A DNA stretch of 64,000 nt from a bacterium (GTDB taxonomy: Bacteria > Patescibacteriota > Doudnabacteria > UBA920 > VMFF01): assembly GCA_021811585.1 (NCBI GenBank), contig JAJZOG010000005.1, positions 725-64,724 of the forward strand, given 5' to 3'. The position numbers were made by a program, and so were the translations under genes. Below are positions 29,232 to 39,715 of this stretch, in pieces (positions within the stretch are counted from its first letter, which is position 1; each line of letters opens with the position of its first letter). Below the pieces are notes generated by a model. The model was given only the letters and a program-made list of their open reading frames with translations, had not been told where the DNA came from and made no database searches.

Positions 29232-30230
29232 ATGAAAATCGGCATTGATCTTGGAACCGCGAATACGTTGGTTTATATCCCCAAAAAGGGCATTGTCATA
29301 AACGAGCCCACGGTTGTTGCAATTTCCATTGATGATAATAAGGTTTTGGCAGTGGGCCAGGAAGCCAAAGAAATGCTTGGGCGCACGCCGGAAACCATTG
29401 TTGCCTCGCGCCCCATGAAAGACGGCGTCATTGCCGATTATAAAGTCACCGAAGCAATGCTGCGCTACTTCATAAACAAGGCGCTCGGCAGCGTGCGGTT
29501 TTTCCGCCCCGAGGTGATGATTTCCGTTCCCGGAGGGATAACATCCACCGAGCGGCGCGCGGTTATTGATGCGGCCACAGCCGCGGGTGCAAAAGCAGCA
29601 TATGTTATCAAAGAAACGGTTGCCGCTGCAATCGGCGCAGGCATCCCAATCGGTTCTGCATCCGGAAATTTAATTATTGATATTGGCGGCGGCACAACGG
29701 ATGTTGCCGTGCTTTCGCTTGGCGGAATTGTCAATTCAACTTCAGTGCGCGTTGCGGGAAATAAAATAGACCAGGCAATTGCGGATTATGTCCGACGCAA
29801 GCACGGCCTGGCAATTGGCGACCGCACAGCGGAAGAAATAAAAATAAGCATTGGTTCGGCGCTGCCTGTTTCAGAAGAAGAATCCATTGAAATTAAGGGC
29901 CGGGACATGATTCAGGGTTTGCCGCGCACAATAGCCATTTCCACGAACGAAGTCGTAGAAGCCATTCAGGACGAGCTCCGCGAAATTGTCCGTGCGGTTA
30001 AAACCGTTTTGCAGGAAACGCCCCCGGAACTTTCTTCCGATATCATAGACAAGGGCATGGTTTTAACAGGCGGCTCTTCGCTGCTGCGAAATTTGGACAG
30101 GATGATTTCCCAGGCAGTTGGCGTGCCGGCATATGTGGCTGAAAATACGATTTTATGCGTTGCCAAAGGCACGGGCATTGCGCTGGAAAATTTGGAGAGT
30201 TATAAAAAGAGCATCCTTTCGGCAAGATAG
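29232..30230 (+). CDS. mreB: Rod-shape actin homologue MreB/Mbl (paralogue 1)
   Basis: IGIDLGTANTL, INEPTVVA, DIGGGTTDVAV, LTGG. Confidence 0.92.
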   Translation: MKIGIDLGTANTLVYIPKKGIVINEPTVVAISIDDNKVLAVGQEAKEMLGRTPETIVASRPMKDGVIADYKVTEAMLRYFINKALGSVRFFRPEVMISVPGGITSTERRAVIDAATAAGAKAAYVIKETVAAAIGAGIPIGSASGNLIIDIGGGTTDVAVLSLGGIVNSTSVRVAGNKIDQAIADYVRRKHGLAIGDRTAEEIKISIGSALPVSEEESIEIKGRDMIQGLPRTIAISTNEVVEAIQDELREIVRAVKTVLQETPPELSSDIIDKGMVLTGGSSLLRNLDRMISQAVGVPAYVAENTILCVAKGTGIALENLESYKKSILSAR

Positions 30231-30314
30231 CGGCTTTCGAGGGCATGAAGGGCGCGGCTTTTATCTTTTTGGCGCGTGAATCCGTTTTCATGCGTTTTAT
30301 GTTATAATTGTCAT

Positions 30315-31217
30315 ATGTGGAAGGTGATAGGACACAAAAACCAAAAAGAACTCCTGGATAAGGCAATAGCTAAAAAACAGTATGCCCATGCCTATCTTTT
30401 CTGCGGTCCCCAGGGCATTGGCAAAAAAACCTTGGCCTTGGAATTTGCCGTCGGGATTTTAACTGGGGATGGGTTGATGGCAAAGGATGGGCTGAAGGCA
30501 AAAAATATCCTGAAGGCAGAAACCGTCAGCGCGGCACAATCCTGCGCCTCCCCGGAATTTAATCCGGATTTAATAATTTTGGATCAGGAAAAAATCAAGA
30601 TTGAGGATATAAGAAATCTTATTTCGGCGCTTTCATTAAGGCCTTATTTTTATAATCGGAAAATAGCTGTTATAGATAATTTTGAAAGCGCCACGCCAGA
30701 GGCGGCAAACAGCATTTTAAAAACCCTCGAAGAGCCGAATAGCAGCACTGTAATTATTTTGATCGCCCAGAGCAGAAAATCCGTGTTACCGACAATTGCT
30801 TCGCGCACGCAAATTATAAATTTCAGCCGGCTTTCCGAAGACGAGATGTTGCAAGCCGCGGTTGATAGGGAAGCAAAAAAATACCTGCGTTTTTTTAACG
30901 GCAAACCCGGCAAAATGTTCAGTTTCCAAAGCGGCGACGCTTTCCGTGAGAGCTTCATTCAAAATTTAAAGGTTTTGCAAAATCTGAAACTGCAAAAACC
31001 GGCGGGCAGGCTCTCATTTATTAAAGAATTTTCGGATTTTGATTCCGGGGAAATTGCGCGCGTTTTGGACAATTGGATGGATGTCGAGCAATCCGCGGTT
31101 GCCGGGCAGCCGCACGGCAGTAAAAATCTGCGGCTTTTTTTGGAAGCAATATCCGGCTTAAAAAAGAATTTTAATAAAAAAATGGTTTTGGAAAGAGTAT
31201 TTTTGGAAATGGTATGA
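30315..31217 (+). CDS. holB: DNA polymerase III delta-prime subunit (start moved to ATG 30315)
   Basis: HAYLFCGPQGIGKKT, AANSILKTLEEP, LPTIASR. Confidence 0.9.
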   Translation: MWKVIGHKNQKELLDKAIAKKQYAHAYLFCGPQGIGKKTLALEFAVGILTGDGLMAKDGLKAKNILKAETVSAAQSCASPEFNPDLIILDQEKIKIEDIRNLISALSLRPYFYNRKIAVIDNFESATPEAANSILKTLEEPNSSTVIILIAQSRKSVLPTIASRTQIINFSRLSEDEMLQAAVDREAKKYLRFFNGKPGKMFSFQSGDAFRESFIQNLKVLQNLKLQKPAGRLSFIKEFSDFDSGEIARVLDNWMDVEQSAVAGQPHGSKNLRLFLEAISGLKKNFNKKMVLERVFLEMV

Positions 31218-32263
31218 AAATAACACGCAACCAAATTGCAATTTTATTGATACTTTTTGCCGGCGCTGGGTGCAATATTTTCGGAAGCAGCGGCCCTTTG
31301 GGCGTTCTGCGCACAGTGGACGGCGGCACAACCTGGCAATCATCAAACGCCATCCAAAATAGCCAACAATTTATTTCCGGGCTGCAAGTAACCAAAATGC
31401 ATATTGACCCAAAAAATAATGCCAATATATATTTAAGCGCGACCAATGATGGCTTGTGGCAGAGTTCGGATAACGGCCAATCTTGGAAGCAGATTCTTTC
31501 CAAAATAGTCGCTTACGGCTTTTATGTGGAGCCGGACGATCCAAATACGATTTTCGTGTCCGGGATTTATTCCGGCCATGGGAAAATCGTGCGCACGACA
31601 AACGGCGGCAACACCTGGGACGCTGTTTATAACGAGGCCAGTGCCAATAATTCCGTAATCGCAGTCAGCGGAAATCCCAGCAAGCCGGATGAAATTTATG
31701 CGGCGCTCTCCTCAGGCCAGCTTATAAAAAGCTTGGACGGCGGAGTGGATTGGTTTGTCATTTATGATTTTAAGAGCAGAATAATGGATATCAAATACAG
31801 CTCTGCAAACAGAGGATTGTACGTTCTGCTCCGAACATCCGGGGTTGCGGAAAGTACTGATGGCGGCAATAATTGGACTTATGTAACTTCGCCCCTGACC
31901 CAGAATTATGCGGCCATAAACAGTTACGTGCCAGCAGGATTCAGTTATTTTGAAAAAATGGCAATAGACGATTCGGAGCCGGACGTTATTTACATAACCA
32001 CTTCGGGCGGCCTTTTCAAAACCTTGAATAATGGCAAAAATTGGGATTTTATAAATTTGCCCATAAGGCGTTCGCAGGATATCCCCCGTGCCGTTGCCGA
32101 AAGCAAGGGGGGCATGATAGCATATACCAGCATTGGCAATACTGTTTATAAGAGCATGGATGGCGGACAAAGCTGGCAAACCGAATCCATTCCGTCCACG
32201 GCGCAGGTAAATGTAATAGTAATTGACCCTGTCATGAGCCAGGTGGCTTATGCGGGATTGTAA
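31214..32263 (+). CDS. Lipoprotein with BNR/Asp-box beta-propeller repeats (YCF48-like)
   Basis: Lipobox-like FAGAGC; repeated S/TxDGGxxW boxes. Confidence 0.82.
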   Translation: MKITRNQIAILLILFAGAGCNIFGSSGPLGVLRTVDGGTTWQSSNAIQNSQQFISGLQVTKMHIDPKNNANIYLSATNDGLWQSSDNGQSWKQILSKIVAYGFYVEPDDPNTIFVSGIYSGHGKIVRTTNGGNTWDAVYNEASANNSVIAVSGNPSKPDEIYAALSSGQLIKSLDGGVDWFVIYDFKSRIMDIKYSSANRGLYVLLRTSGVAESTDGGNNWTYVTSPLTQNYAAINSYVPAGFSYFEKMAIDDSEPDVIYITTSGGLFKTLNNGKNWDFINLPIRRSQDIPRAVAESKGGMIAYTSIGNTVYKSMDGGQSWQTESIPSTAQVNVIVIDPVMSQVAYAGL

Positions 32264-32274
32264 AAAGAAAAAAC

Positions 32275-32384
32275 TAGTTAATAGTTGGTAGTTAGTAGTT
32301 AATAGTTAGTAGTTGGTAGTTAATAGTTGGGGGGCGATCCATCTGCCACCTACCACCTACTAACTACTATCTACCAACTACCAC
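32275..32384. repeat. Inverted heptamer array (8x TAGTTRR, core GGGGCGATCCAT, 6x CTAYYAH)
   Basis: Left arm 32275-32330, right arm 32343-32384; 10 nt before frr ATG. Confidence 0.92.
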
Positions 32385-32394
32385 TTATCCATTT

Positions 32395-32931
32395 ATGAAT
32401 AAAGAAAAATTTGAGCCAATTTTAGAACATTTGAAACACGAGTTTGTCTCTTTGCGCACAGGCCGGGCAAGCGCTGGCCTTGTTGAAGGCGTGATGGTTG
32501 AAAGTTACGGCGCAAAAATGCCGCTTACGCATATTGCTTCTGTAAATATTCCGGATGCGCGCACGATTGCGATTCAGCCGTGGGACAAGGCGAATTTGGG
32601 TCCCATTGAAAAAGCCATACAGGCCTCGAATTTGGGGCTAAATCCGATTAATGACGGCACTCTTATTCGTTTGAACATGCCGCAGATGACTGAGGAGCGC
32701 AGAAAGGAAATGGTCAAGATTGTCGGCCAGCTTGCGGAGAAAGCGCGAATTTCCGTGCGCAACATTCGCGAAGAAATTTTAAAAGAGCTCAAGCGCGCAG
32801 AAGAAGAAAACAGGATTACTAAAGATGATTTGGAGGCCGAGAAAAAGAAATTGCAGGAAGAAGTGGATGGTTATAACGAAAAAATCAAAGAAATTTCAGA
32901 ATCCAAAGAAAAGGAGATTTTGACGATTTGA
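32395..32931 (+). CDS. frr: Ribosome recycling factor
   Basis: LRTGRAS, YG, IQPWD, PQMTEERRKE. Confidence 0.96.
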   Translation: MNKEKFEPILEHLKHEFVSLRTGRASAGLVEGVMVESYGAKMPLTHIASVNIPDARTIAIQPWDKANLGPIEKAIQASNLGLNPINDGTLIRLNMPQMTEERRKEMVKIVGQLAEKARISVRNIREEILKELKRAEEENRITKDDLEAEKKKLQEEVDGYNEKIKEISESKEKEILTI

Positions 32932-34094
32932 TGCATTTTTTAATTTCAGCAATTGTTTTTATAATTATTTTGGCCCTGCTCGTGCTCGCGCACGAGTTCG
33001 GTCATTTTATCGTTGCAAAAAAATCGGGGATGGAAGTCAAAGAATTCGGTTTTGGTTTTCCGCCCAGGATTTTCGGGATTAAAAAAGGGGAGACAACCTA
33101 TTCGGTTAATTGGCTTCCTCTCGGCGGTTTTGTAAAAATTACCGGCGAAGACGGCGAAGAGGCGGATTTGTCCGCCGGGGCGAATGCGGCAGATAGTGCG
33201 AATGCGGGAGACGCGGCGAATGTTGCAAACAGGGCGACCACTGGAAATCCGCGGAGTTTTGTTAACAAGGGTTTTTGGGCCAGGTTTGGCACGCTTATTG
33301 CCGGCGTTGTCATGAATGTGATTTTGGCATGGTTTCTTTTTTCAATCGGCTTTATGTTCGGTTTGCCAACAGCAGTTGTCCCCGGAGAGCAGCTGCCGGC
33401 GCACGCCTATGTCCGCTCGCAATCAATAAGCATTTTGGATACGTCTGCAGGATCGCCTGCCGCAAATGCGGGACTGCAGACAGGCGATAAAATTTTATTG
33501 GTGGATGGCAGGCAATTTGCGGATTTGGATTCTCTCGTAAATTTCGTGCACGCGCAGGAAGGCAAAACTGTTGACCTGGAAATTTCCCGGGGAAACCGGT
33601 CCATGGATTTCAAGGTGCTTGCGCGGCAAAACCCTCCGGCTGGCCAAGGTTCTTTGGGCGTTGATCTGGGTTATGTCGGGCTTTTGTACTTCCACCCATG
33701 GTATTATTCTTTTTACGAGGGCATTGGCGCAACCTGGCAAGTGGTGCAGGAGACCGCAAACGGCATTTATCAAATTTTTGTTTCGCACCAGGGCTTGGGC
33801 GCCATTGGAGGGCCTGTTAAAATTGCCAGTTTGACAGGGCAGGTTACAACTTTGGGAATCGCTTACATCATAAATTTCACAGCACTCCTTTCGGTGAACC
33901 TGGCTATATTAAACGTGATTCCGTTTCCGGCGCTGGACGGCGGCAGAATTTTATTTCTCTTGATAGAAAAAATACGCGGCAAGAAAAATAACCGGCAAGT
34001 GGAGCAGTGGTTTAATATGATAGGTTTTGCTATTCTTATATTGTTGATTGTGTTGGTGAGCATCCGGGATGTCGGGACATTGATTAAAAAATAA
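32931..34094 (+). CDS. rseP: Site-2 intramembrane metalloprotease RseP (M50 with PDZ)
   Basis: HEFGH, LPLGGFV, AGVVMN, GPVKI, NVIPFPALDGG. Confidence 0.93.
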   Translation: MHFLISAIVFIIILALLVLAHEFGHFIVAKKSGMEVKEFGFGFPPRIFGIKKGETTYSVNWLPLGGFVKITGEDGEEADLSAGANAADSANAGDAANVANRATTGNPRSFVNKGFWARFGTLIAGVVMNVILAWFLFSIGFMFGLPTAVVPGEQLPAHAYVRSQSISILDTSAGSPAANAGLQTGDKILLVDGRQFADLDSLVNFVHAQEGKTVDLEISRGNRSMDFKVLARQNPPAGQGSLGVDLGYVGLLYFHPWYYSFYEGIGATWQVVQETANGIYQIFVSHQGLGAIGGPVKIASLTGQVTTLGIAYIINFTALLSVNLAILNVIPFPALDGGRILFLLIEKIRGKKNNRQVEQWFNMIGFAILILLIVLVSIRDVGTLIKK

Positions 34095-35347
34095 TGCTGC
34101 AATCAAAAATTTTTGCGAAACTGGCGAAGGAGGACCCTAAAGACGAGCAGTCCTTGAATGCGCGCTTGCTTTCACGCGCCGGTTTTATTGAAAAAGCAAT
34201 GGCAGGGGTTTATAATTTTTTGCCGCTGGGCAGTCGCGTTTTGCATAAGATTGAAAATATTATCCGGCAGGAAATGGATGCGTTTGGCTCGGAAATCCTG
34301 ATGCCGTCGCTTCAGCCAAAAGAAAATTGGGAACAGACAGGCAGATGGAAGGAATTTGACGTGCTTTTCCGCTTAAAATCCATGCACGCTTTCGAATATG
34401 CCCTTGGCCCGACGCATGAAGAAATTGTCACGCCTTTGGCAAAAAAGGCGATCATGTCTTACAGGGATCTTCCTGTTGCTGTCTATCAAATACAGACAAA
34501 ATTCCGCGATGAATTGCGCGCCAAATCCGGATTGTTGCGCGGCAGGGAATTCCGCATGAAGGATTTGTACAGTTTTCATGCTTCGCAGGATGATTTGGAA
34601 AAATATTATTCGGAGGTCCAACGTGCTTACAGCCGGATTTTTGAGCGCTTGGGATTGCGCGCGATTCTGACTGAAGCGAGCGGCGGAAGTTTTGCCAAGT
34701 ATTCCCATGAATTTCAAGTTGTGTTGCCTTCGGGCGAAGACGAGATTTTTATTTGCGAAAAATGCGGCTTGGCAAAAAATAAGGAAATTTTTTCTTCGCC
34801 TGAAACCGAAAAATGCTCTAATTGCGGCCAAACTTCCTGGAAACGGGAAAATGCCTCTGAAATCGGGAATATTTTTCGGTTGGGCACGAAATTCAGCTCA
34901 GCCTTTAATGTTAAATTTTTAGATAGCGAGGGCAAGGAGCAATTGGTGGTTATGGGTTGTTACGGGATGGGCACAACGCGGCTGATGGGAGTGATTGCTG
35001 AAATGCACAACGATGAAAACGGCTTAATTTGGCCGCAAAACGTGGCGCCGTTTGAATATCATATTGTTCCGTTATTTTCAAAAGATGCGGACCTTCGCAA
35101 AAAAATAGAAGCCGCTGCGTGGAAAATATTTTCAACTTTGCAAAAGCAAGGCATTGAGGTATTATTAGATGACAGGGATGAAAGCCCGGGCGTGAAATTT
35201 AAAGACGCGGATTTAATAGGCATCCCCAAAAGAGTGGTGCTTTCGGAAAAAACAGTGGAAAAAGACGAGGTGGAAATCAAAGGGCGCGCCGAGAGCAAAG
35301 CCGGCAATATGAAAATTTCAGATTTTTTGAAGCATGCGGCTGGGTGA
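34094..35347 (+). CDS. proS: Proline-tRNA ligase (short form)
   Basis: LGPTHEE, QTKFRDELR, REFRMKDLYSF, GCYGMG. Confidence 0.93.
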   Translation: MLQSKIFAKLAKEDPKDEQSLNARLLSRAGFIEKAMAGVYNFLPLGSRVLHKIENIIRQEMDAFGSEILMPSLQPKENWEQTGRWKEFDVLFRLKSMHAFEYALGPTHEEIVTPLAKKAIMSYRDLPVAVYQIQTKFRDELRAKSGLLRGREFRMKDLYSFHASQDDLEKYYSEVQRAYSRIFERLGLRAILTEASGGSFAKYSHEFQVVLPSGEDEIFICEKCGLAKNKEIFSSPETEKCSNCGQTSWKRENASEIGNIFRLGTKFSSAFNVKFLDSEGKEQLVVMGCYGMGTTRLMGVIAEMHNDENGLIWPQNVAPFEYHIVPLFSKDADLRKKIEAAAWKIFSTLQKQGIEVLLDDRDESPGVKFKDADLIGIPKRVVLSEKTVEKDEVEIKGRAESKAGNMKISDFLKHAAG

Positions 35348-35426
35348 ACCGGCCTAACGTTGCGCCAAAACAAAAATAAAAATAAAAGTTAATCCTTGGA
35401 AGTTAACTATCTGCCAGTTATTTTTT

Positions 35427-36488
35427 ATGTCACTATTCGATCCATTTTTTGAAAAATTCAGTAAAGACATTGGCATTGATCTCGGTACGGCAAATACGCT
35501 TGTTTATGTGAAAGGCAAGGGCATTGTTATAAACGAGCCGTCTGTTGTTGCGCTGAATATCAAGACCAAGCAGATTTTGGCTATTGGCAATGATGCCAAA
35601 CGCATGGTCGGAAGAACGCCGCCGCATATTGTTGCCAGCCGGCCGCTGGTGGATGGCGTTATTTCGGATTTTGAAATTACGGAGCAAATGCTGCGCTACT
35701 TTATAGACAAGGTCCACCAGCAAACGTATTCTTTTTTGCGCAGGCCGCGCGTGGTTATCGGCATCCCTTCCGGCGTTACCGAGGTTGAGAAGCGCGCCGT
35801 GCAGGATGCGGCGCTAAACGCTGGTGCGCGCATGGCATATTTGATAGAGGAGCCCATGGCAGCCGCAATAGGCGCGCGCCTTCCGGTGCAAGATCCGGCA
35901 GGAAGCATGATAGTGGATATGGGCGGCGGCACAACGGAAATTGCGGTCCTTTCGCTGGGCGGTGTTGTCATTTCCAAGAGTATACGGGTGGCTGGCGATA
36001 AAATGAACGAGAGCATTATCCAGTATGCGCGCGACCATTTTAATTTGCTTCTTGGGGAGCGCACCGCTGAAGACGTCAAAATTAAAATCGGCTCCGCATA
36101 TCCGCTTGAAAAGCCGCTGGAAGCCGTGATGCGCGGGCGCGATTTGGTTACCGGCTTGCCCAAGGAAGTTACTGTTGACGACAGCCATATCCGGGATGCG
36201 CTAATGCACTCTGTGCGCGTTATCGTAAATAACATCAAGAGCGCCGTTGAGGAGACGCCGCCGGAACTTGTGGCTGATATTATGTATAAAGGAATAACCC
36301 TGGCAGGCGGAGGCGCGTTGCTGCGCGGCTTGGATAAGCTGATTGCCGAAGAAACGCAGATCCCGGTGAATATTGCCGACGATCCGCTGACAGCTGTCTG
36401 CAGGGGCGCCGGCGTTGTTGTCGAGGACTTGGAAAGCTTGAAAGACGTGCTTGTGAATACTTCTTTTGAAAAGGCCCCCACTTACTGA
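35427..36488 (+). CDS. mreB: Rod-shape actin homologue MreB (paralogue 2, in mre operon)
   Basis: DIGIDLGTANTL, EEPMAAAIG, DMGGGTTE, AGGGALL. Confidence 0.95.
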   Translation: MSLFDPFFEKFSKDIGIDLGTANTLVYVKGKGIVINEPSVVALNIKTKQILAIGNDAKRMVGRTPPHIVASRPLVDGVISDFEITEQMLRYFIDKVHQQTYSFLRRPRVVIGIPSGVTEVEKRAVQDAALNAGARMAYLIEEPMAAAIGARLPVQDPAGSMIVDMGGGTTEIAVLSLGGVVISKSIRVAGDKMNESIIQYARDHFNLLLGERTAEDVKIKIGSAYPLEKPLEAVMRGRDLVTGLPKEVTVDDSHIRDALMHSVRVIVNNIKSAVEETPPELVADIMYKGITLAGGGALLRGLDKLIAEETQIPVNIADDPLTAVCRGAGVVVEDLESLKDVLVNTSFEKAPTY

Positions 36489-37285
36489 TGCGTTTCATAT
36501 ACACCAAACAATTTGTAATTTTTGCCGTCTTGCTGGCGGTTTCCGCCTTGCTGATGTTTTTGCATTCCACCGGCGATTTGCGCGCCATAGAAAGTGCGGC
36601 AGCTGAAACGCCACGCCCTTTTATTTATGTTATTTCGGGATTTGGCAAAGGCGCTGAAAATATTTTCTCGTATTTTTCATCAGTTTCGCTGCTGAACAAG
36701 ACAAACGCAGATCTCAAAAACCAGGTCATAGCCCTGCGCGAGGAAAACGCGCTTCTGGAACAATATAAGCTGGAGAATAACGTTTTAAAACAGGAATTGG
36801 ATTATCGCTCCGGCGCGCCTTTCAAGCTGGTGCTCGCAAGCGTAGTGGGGTATGATACTGCCGCAAACAGCGATGCCATGGTTATCGCGGCAGGTATGGG
36901 CCAGGGCGTTTCCACAGGAGATGCTGTTGTTGCCCAGGGGGTTTTGATTGGCGAGATTTCCGAAGCAGATGCTTATACTTCCAAAGTGTTGTTGCTTACA
37001 GACCCTTCTGTAAAATTGGAGGCGGGAATTTCGGGCACCGGCGATAACGGCATTTTGCGCGGGGATTATTCGGGCATAACCTTGGGGATGATTTCCCAGG
37101 CCGCGCAAATTTCAAAAGGCCAGGAAGTTATTAGCGCCGGGCTTTCGGGGAAAATCCCCAGCGGCTTGCTCATAGGCACAATAGGAGACATCAAATCGAA
37201 CAAAAGCGACCTTTTGCAATCAGCCACAGTGCTTTCATCCGCGGAGTTGAGCAACCTTTCGCTTGTTGACGTTATCATAAAATAA
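36488..37285 (+). CDS. mreC: Rod shape-determining protein MreC
   Basis: TM, coiled coil (LREEN), beta domain; follows mreB. Confidence 0.9.
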   Translation: MRFIYTKQFVIFAVLLAVSALLMFLHSTGDLRAIESAAAETPRPFIYVISGFGKGAENIFSYFSSVSLLNKTNADLKNQVIALREENALLEQYKLENNVLKQELDYRSGAPFKLVLASVVGYDTAANSDAMVIAAGMGQGVSTGDAVVAQGVLIGEISEADAYTSKVLLLTDPSVKLEAGISGTGDNGILRGDYSGITLGMISQAAQISKGQEVISAGLSGKIPSGLLIGTIGDIKSNKSDLLQSATVLSSAELSNLSLVDVIIK

Positions 37286-37286
37286 A

Positions 37287-37790
37287 ATGGCAAAAATCGC
37301 AGTTTATTTTTTCTCTATCATATTGTTATTTGCGGCAAATTCGGCATTACCCGCGCTTGCGCCGGCTCCGAATCTGCTCTTTCTTTTCGCGGTTTTGTAT
37401 GCTTTCAAAAAAAACGAGCCGGACTTCCTTTGGATAGCTTTTTTTTCCGGATTCCTTTTGGATGTTTTTTCCGGCGGCGCTTTTGGAGCGTACATGGTTT
37501 CGCTTTTGATTGTCGCTTTTATGGTAAATTATGCTACGCGCAATTTTTTCAGTGCAGATCCAAATCCGGCAGTAATGCTTGCGGTTATTTTCGCGGCAAA
37601 TCTATCCATGCTGGCTTTGGTATATTTTATAAATCTTATGATTGCGCGCTTCGGCTCTTTGGCGCTGTTTTCGCCGCAAATTTCGCTCGGCTCCGAGGCC
37701 TGGATTTCAGTGGGATTGAATTTGATTTTTGCCCCGCTGGTATATCTGCTCACGATTTTTGACGATCATTTATTAAAAGCCGGAACATGA
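37287..37790 (+). CDS. mreD: Rod shape-determining protein MreD
   Basis: Hydrophobic, GFLLDVFS motif; position after mreC. Confidence 0.85.
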   Translation: MAKIAVYFFSIILLFAANSALPALAPAPNLLFLFAVLYAFKKNEPDFLWIAFFSGFLLDVFSGGAFGAYMVSLLIVAFMVNYATRNFFSADPNPAVMLAVIFAANLSMLALVYFINLMIARFGSLALFSPQISLGSEAWISVGLNLIFAPLVYLLTIFDDHLLKAGT

Positions 37791-39715
37791 AAGATCCGTT
37801 TTCAATTTACGATTCTCCGCACAAAGAAAAGCGCAGGCGCGTGCATTCTTTGGATTTTGAAGAATCCTCTTTTGCGGAAGCTGAAAATCCGGAAGAATAC
37901 GCTGCCAGCCCTATTCCTTCCAAAGGCATCGCCGCGGCGCTCTGCATTTTGTTGATAATTTTCGGAGCGCTGTTCGGGCGCCTGGCTTATTTGCAGATTT
38001 CAAAAGGAAAATTTTACGCGGCGCTGGCGCGTGGCAACAATACCAGGGTTCAGGAAATTCTTGCGCCGCGCGGCATTATTTATGATTCGCAAGGAACGCC
38101 CCTGGTTCAAAACGTTCCGAGCTTTGAGCTTGTGGTTACGCCGGTGGATTTGCCTAAAAATTACGAAGATGAAATTGCGGCGCTCTCAAAATTCATGGGC
38201 TTTGATGCCAATGTGCTGGCAGCGCAAATAAAAAAGTACGGGCGCAATACGTTTCAGCCAATAAGCGCAGTACAGGATGTGCCCAGGGATGCGGCGCTTG
38301 CTTTCGAAACCAGGCAAGCCGAATTTCCGGGATTTGCGATTGAAGACAACCCGGTAAGAAATTATCTAAATTCTTTGATTTTTTCCCATTTGCTCGGCTA
38401 TACCGGGAAGATAAACGATAGTGAGCTTGCCGCCAACCCCAATAGCGGTTACTTGCTTGACGATTACATCGGGAAAAACGGCTTGGAATATTCTTATGAA
38501 AAATATTTGCGCGGCATTGACGGCGAAAAACAGGTGGAAGTGGACGCGTTGGGAAAAGTTCGCTCTGCGCTTGGGGAAATTCCGCCTCAAAACGGGGATA
38601 ATCTTTATTTGAATGTAGATGCCGGGCTGCAAACCTTTTTATATAATGATATTGTTGCCAAAAACGGGAATAAAAAAGCCGCGGCAGTTGCGGTGGATCC
38701 GCAGACAGGGCAGGTTTTGGCGCTTGTGAGCGTGCCCGGATATGACGACAATCTTTTTGCACGCGGCATTTCGGAAACAGATTATGCAAAATTGGAAAAT
38801 GATCCGAACCATCCTTTGTTTGACCGCGCAATTTCCGGCTTGTACCCGCCGGGATCCACAATCAAGCCGGTCATAGCTTCTGCCGGCCTGCAGGAAGGCG
38901 TTATCAATGAAAATACGAAAATTCTTGATAACGGCGATTTGGTTGTCGGCGGATATAATTTTCATGGCTGGAAGCCGGGCGGCCTTGGCTTAATGGATGT
39001 GCGTTCGGCAATTGCCATGTCTTCTGATATTTATTTTTATACTGTTGGCGGGGGCCAGCAGAAATTGGGAATTTCAGGGCTTGGCATCGAGCGCCTAGCA
39101 AAGTATGATTATCTTTTCGGGATGGGGCAAAAATTGGGCATTGATTTGCCAGGAGAAGCCGCTGGTGTGATAGGAAGTCCGGAGTGGCGCAAAGAGCATT
39201 ATAGCGATCCGGCGAAGCAGGCCTGGTATTTGGGGGATACGTATCACGAATCAATTGGACAGGGCGACATGGAAGTTACTCCTCTGCAGGATATAATGTG
39301 GACTGCTGCTGTTGCCAATGGCGGCACTTTATATCGGCCTTATGTTGTCAATAAAGTTGTGGATAATAAGGGCAACGTGGTTTTGCAAAACAAGCCGCAG
39401 GTAATCCGCAGCGGATTTATTGACCCGAAAAATATTCAAATTGTCCGGCAAGGCATGAGGCAGACAGTATTGTCCGGCACGGCCCAGAGCTTAAAATCAT
39501 TACCAATCACTTCAGCTGGGAAAACCGGCACAGCGCAATTTGACAGCGCAAACCCCATGGCAGCGCACGCATGGTTTACGGCCTTTGCGCCTTATGAAAA
39601 TCCCCAAATCGCGATTGTGGTCTTAATTGAAGCCGGAGGCGAAGGTTTTTCCGCTGCCGAGCCGATTGTGAAAGACACCTTGCAGTGGTGGGCCCAGAAC
39701 AGGTATTTAAAATAA
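37787..39715 (+). CDS. mrdA: Penicillin-binding protein 2
   Basis: APRGIIYD, PPGSTIK (SxxK), SSD, GKTGTA. Confidence 0.93.
   Translation: MKDPFSIYDSPHKEKRRRVHSLDFEESSFAEAENPEEYAASPIPSKGIAAALCILLIIFGALFGRLAYLQISKGKFYAALARGNNTRVQEILAPRGIIYDSQGTPLVQNVPSFELVVTPVDLPKNYEDEIAALSKFMGFDANVLAAQIKKYGRNTFQPISAVQDVPRDAALAFETRQAEFPGFAIEDNPVRNYLNSLIFSHLLGYTGKINDSELAANPNSGYLLDDYIGKNGLEYSYEKYLRGIDGEKQVEVDALGKVRSALGEIPPQNGDNLYLNVDAGLQTFLYNDIVAKNGNKKAAAVAVDPQTGQVLALVSVPGYDDNLFARGISETDYAKLENDPNHPLFDRAISGLYPPGSTIKPVIASAGLQEGVINENTKILDNGDLVVGGYNFHGWKPGGLGLMDVRSAIAMSSDIYFYTVGGGQQKLGISGLGIERLAKYDYLFGMGQKLGIDLPGEAAGVIGSPEWRKEHYSDPAKQAWYLGDTYHESIGQGDMEVTPLQDIMWTAAVANGGTLYRPYVVNKVVDNKGNVVLQNKPQVIRSGFIDPKNIQIVRQGMRQTVLSGTAQSLKSLPITSAGKTGTAQFDSANPMAAHAWFTAFAPYENPQIAIVVLIEAGGEGFSAAEPIVKDTLQWWAQNRYLK

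Noticed and set aside
35395-35426. Possible degenerate heptamer remnant upstream of the second mreB (AGTTAACTATCTGCCAGTTA)
   Set aside because: Fewer than three recognisable units; cannot be told apart from chance.
35696-36481. Long antisense ORFs (also 1292-2002, 39834-40553, 50149-50850, 44924-45550)
   Set aside because: Shadow or alternate frames of well-supported genes, with no recognisable motifs.
29232-36488. Two mreB paralogues as a novel system
   Set aside because: MreB/Mbl paralogy is widespread and both copies look canonical.
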